The translations under genes were made by a program, and so were the position numbers. The notes beneath the pieces are model-generated. The model was not told the origin of the DNA and made no database searches. It worked only from the letters and a program-made list of their open reading frames with translations. From positions 45,660 to 109,659 of the forward strand of contig JBGUZU010000033.1 in the NCBI GenBank assembly GCA_045223915.1: DNA of 64,000 nt. The letters are read 5' to 3'. Of this stretch, positions 62,552 through 64,000 are shown piece by piece; within the stretch, counting starts at the first letter, position 1, and the number at the start of each line of letters is the position of its first letter. This DNA is from Endomicrobiaceae bacterium (lineage in GTDB: Bacteria > Elusimicrobiota > Endomicrobiia > Endomicrobiales > Endomicrobiaceae).

Positions 62552-64000
62552 ATGTTTAATAATTTTATAAAAAAATCAAGCAAGTTAATTGCTGTCGTGT
62601 TGGCTATAACATTAGCCTTTTCGCCGCTGAGTTATGCGGCACCGACGACTTTTGCGGAGTTGGGTGTTGCGATTTCCGACGGAACTACACCTACTAATAT
62701 AATAATTCTTGAAGATCATGATTTTACCGCCAGTACAGAAGATACGACATTAGGGACACAACGCGCAACAGATCTCACAATAAAAAGTGATAGTACGGAA
62801 GTTAGGGAAATAAGCGGAGCAGGTCATGCTTCAGGTTTTGAAATGGGTGCAAACAAAAACGCTACAATAAACTATTTAAGATTTATAAATTTCCATAAAG
62901 CTAACGATGGTACTGTAATAAAAAACACAAAAGGAATACTTACTATATTAAAATCAATCTTTAAAAATAATTCTACCGATAAATCCGGCGGTGCAATATA
63001 TAATACCGGAAAACTTACAATTACCGACACAAACTTTTCCACTAATACAGCCAAAACAAACGGTGGTGCAATATATACAACCTCGGGTTCAACAACAACG
63101 ATTACAGGAGGAGAATTTTTATACAATTCTGCTGACAATAATGGTGGAGCAATATATAATTTGGGAGAGTTGACAATTAACGGAACAAATTTCTCTTCAA
63201 ATACAGTATCTTCAAAAGATGGTACTCATGGTGGCGGTGCAATATTTACTGCAAATAAATCTACAATGACAATAACAGGTAACAGTATTTTTTCTTACAA
63301 TGAAGCTAAATCTTTTGGCGCGGCAATATATAATGCCGGAACAACTATTGTCGGAGACGGAACAAACACAATAACGTTTTCTACTAATACTTCTGCTAAT
63401 GGCGGTGCAATATATAACTTTACAGGCTCTTCAATGACAATTAAATCCGGAACAAAATTTATGGCAAATACATCTCCAAAAGGTGGAGCAATTGCCAATG
63501 ACGGATACATGAAAATCGAAAACAATGTGGAATTTTCTTCTAATATTGCTACAACCAATTCGGGGGCAATAGGTGTTTGGTCAAAAAGTAATAATGATAG
63601 TGAAAGAGGAATATTAGAGATAGAGGACGATGTGAAATTTTACTCGAATAAAGTATTAAGTAGTGATAATGATTCAGGTGGTGGAGCATTATACAACAAA
63701 CAATATTCAAGAACAACAATAGGAAATAGAGCAATATTTTCTTCCAATACCGCTACAAAATACGGAGGAGCAGTATACAACATAAGTTCATTAAAAATAG
63801 GAGATGATGCAAAGTTTTCATACAATGAAGCAAGCGAAGCAGGAGCAATATACAATAAGAATGGAACATTAACTATTGGAGAAGGTGCAAGATTTTCTTC
63901 CAATACGGCAGTAAAAGAAGGAAATGATGTAGCCTATGGCGGTGCAATAGAGAATACCAATGGAGCTAAATTATATATAAGCACGGCCACTGCAAATACA
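62552..64000 (+). CDS. Pmp-repeat (polymorphic outer-membrane protein-like) surface protein, 5' part; continues past the window end
   Basis: I translated this frame by hand and it is open from the ATG at 62552 to position 64000. It has a signal peptide ...FSPLSYA. At least 12 alternating GGAIYN-type and F(S/Y)xN(T/E)A-type motifs follow, i.e. the GGA[ILV]/FxxN pattern. It is absent from the ORF track because it has no stop in the window. Confidence 0.8.
   Translation, partial: MFNNFIKKSSKLIAVVLAITLAFSPLSYAAPTTFAELGVAISDGTTPTNIIILEDHDFTASTEDTTLGTQRATDLTIKSDSTEVREISGAGHASGFEMGANKNATINYLRFINFHKANDGTVIKNTKGILTILKSIFKNNSTDKSGGAIYNTGKLTITDTNFSTNTAKTNGGAIYTTSGSTTTITGGEFLYNSADNNGGAIYNLGELTINGTNFSSNTVSSKDGTHGGGAIFTANKSTMTITGNSIFSYNEAKSFGAAIYNAGTTIVGDGTNTITFSTNTSANGGAIYNFTGSSMTIKSGTKFMANTSPKGGAIANDGYMKIENNVEFSSNIATTNSGAIGVWSKSNNDSERGILEIEDDVKFYSNKVLSSDNDSGGGALYNKQYSRTTIGNRAIFSSNTATKYGGAVYNISSLKIGDDAKFSYNEASEAGAIYNKNGTLTIGEGARFSSNTAVKEGNDVAYGGAIENTNGAKLYISTATANT

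Noticed and set aside
1-64000. Transposases, integrases, prophage blocks, toxin-antitoxin pairs, reverse transcriptases, rRNA genes
   Set aside because: No ORF in the six-frame track shows the corresponding motifs (DDE, tyrosine-recombinase RHRY, terminase/portal, YxDD). I recognised no 16S/23S/5S-like sequence.

Overview
AT-rich (roughly 30% G+C by eye) bacterial chromosome segment using standard code 11, since TGA is used as a stop. The gene content fits a strictly anaerobic diderm: NrdDG, a four-subunit 2-oxoacid:ferredoxin oxidoreductase, a TonB-dependent receptor, a PorV-like outer-membrane protein and a Pmp-repeat surface protein. No taxon can be assigned from the sequence alone. About 55 credible CDS and one tRNA-Thr(CGT) are present. 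I saw no rRNA, CRISPR array, transposase, integrase or prophage. Housekeeping content: paaK plus an ACT gene, HAD and GT2 genes, two radical-SAM genes, parAB, a Pif1-like helicase, glmM, pdxJ, lepA, cysE, rsmA, lemA plus an M48 peptidase, nrdDG and ldh. The items most worth a second look are these. (1) Six co-oriented parS-like sites fill every intergenic gap in the 4 kb upstream of parAB. (2) A 2298-aa exported protein carries a GlgX-type debranching core between two copies of a 94-aa module. Its N-terminal ~440-aa module recurs fused to an MFS transporter that starts 8 nt after nrdG. (3) nrdDG lies behind a promoter, tandem NrdR boxes and a cobalamin riboswitch. It may be co-transcribed with that MFS fusion, a 14-blade RCC1-like putative lipoprotein and a BtuB-sized TonB receptor. 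(4) A dlt-like four-gene cluster (MBOAT, SGNH/DltD-like, ACP) uses a 600-aa fatty-acyl-type adenylating enzyme. (5) A family of intergenic period-8 word arrays is paired with short GC-capped hairpins. (6) A ~140-155-nt long-stem element occurs in two copies with compensatory arm changes. (7) A small islet after lepA holds a DUF262/DUF1524 (GmrSD-like) nuclease and a compositionally foreign lipoprotein gene. (8) Twin palindromic operators overlap the promoter of a DUF134 - Mrp/NifX - oxidoreductase operon. All functional calls come from motifs read by eye; no database search was possible.
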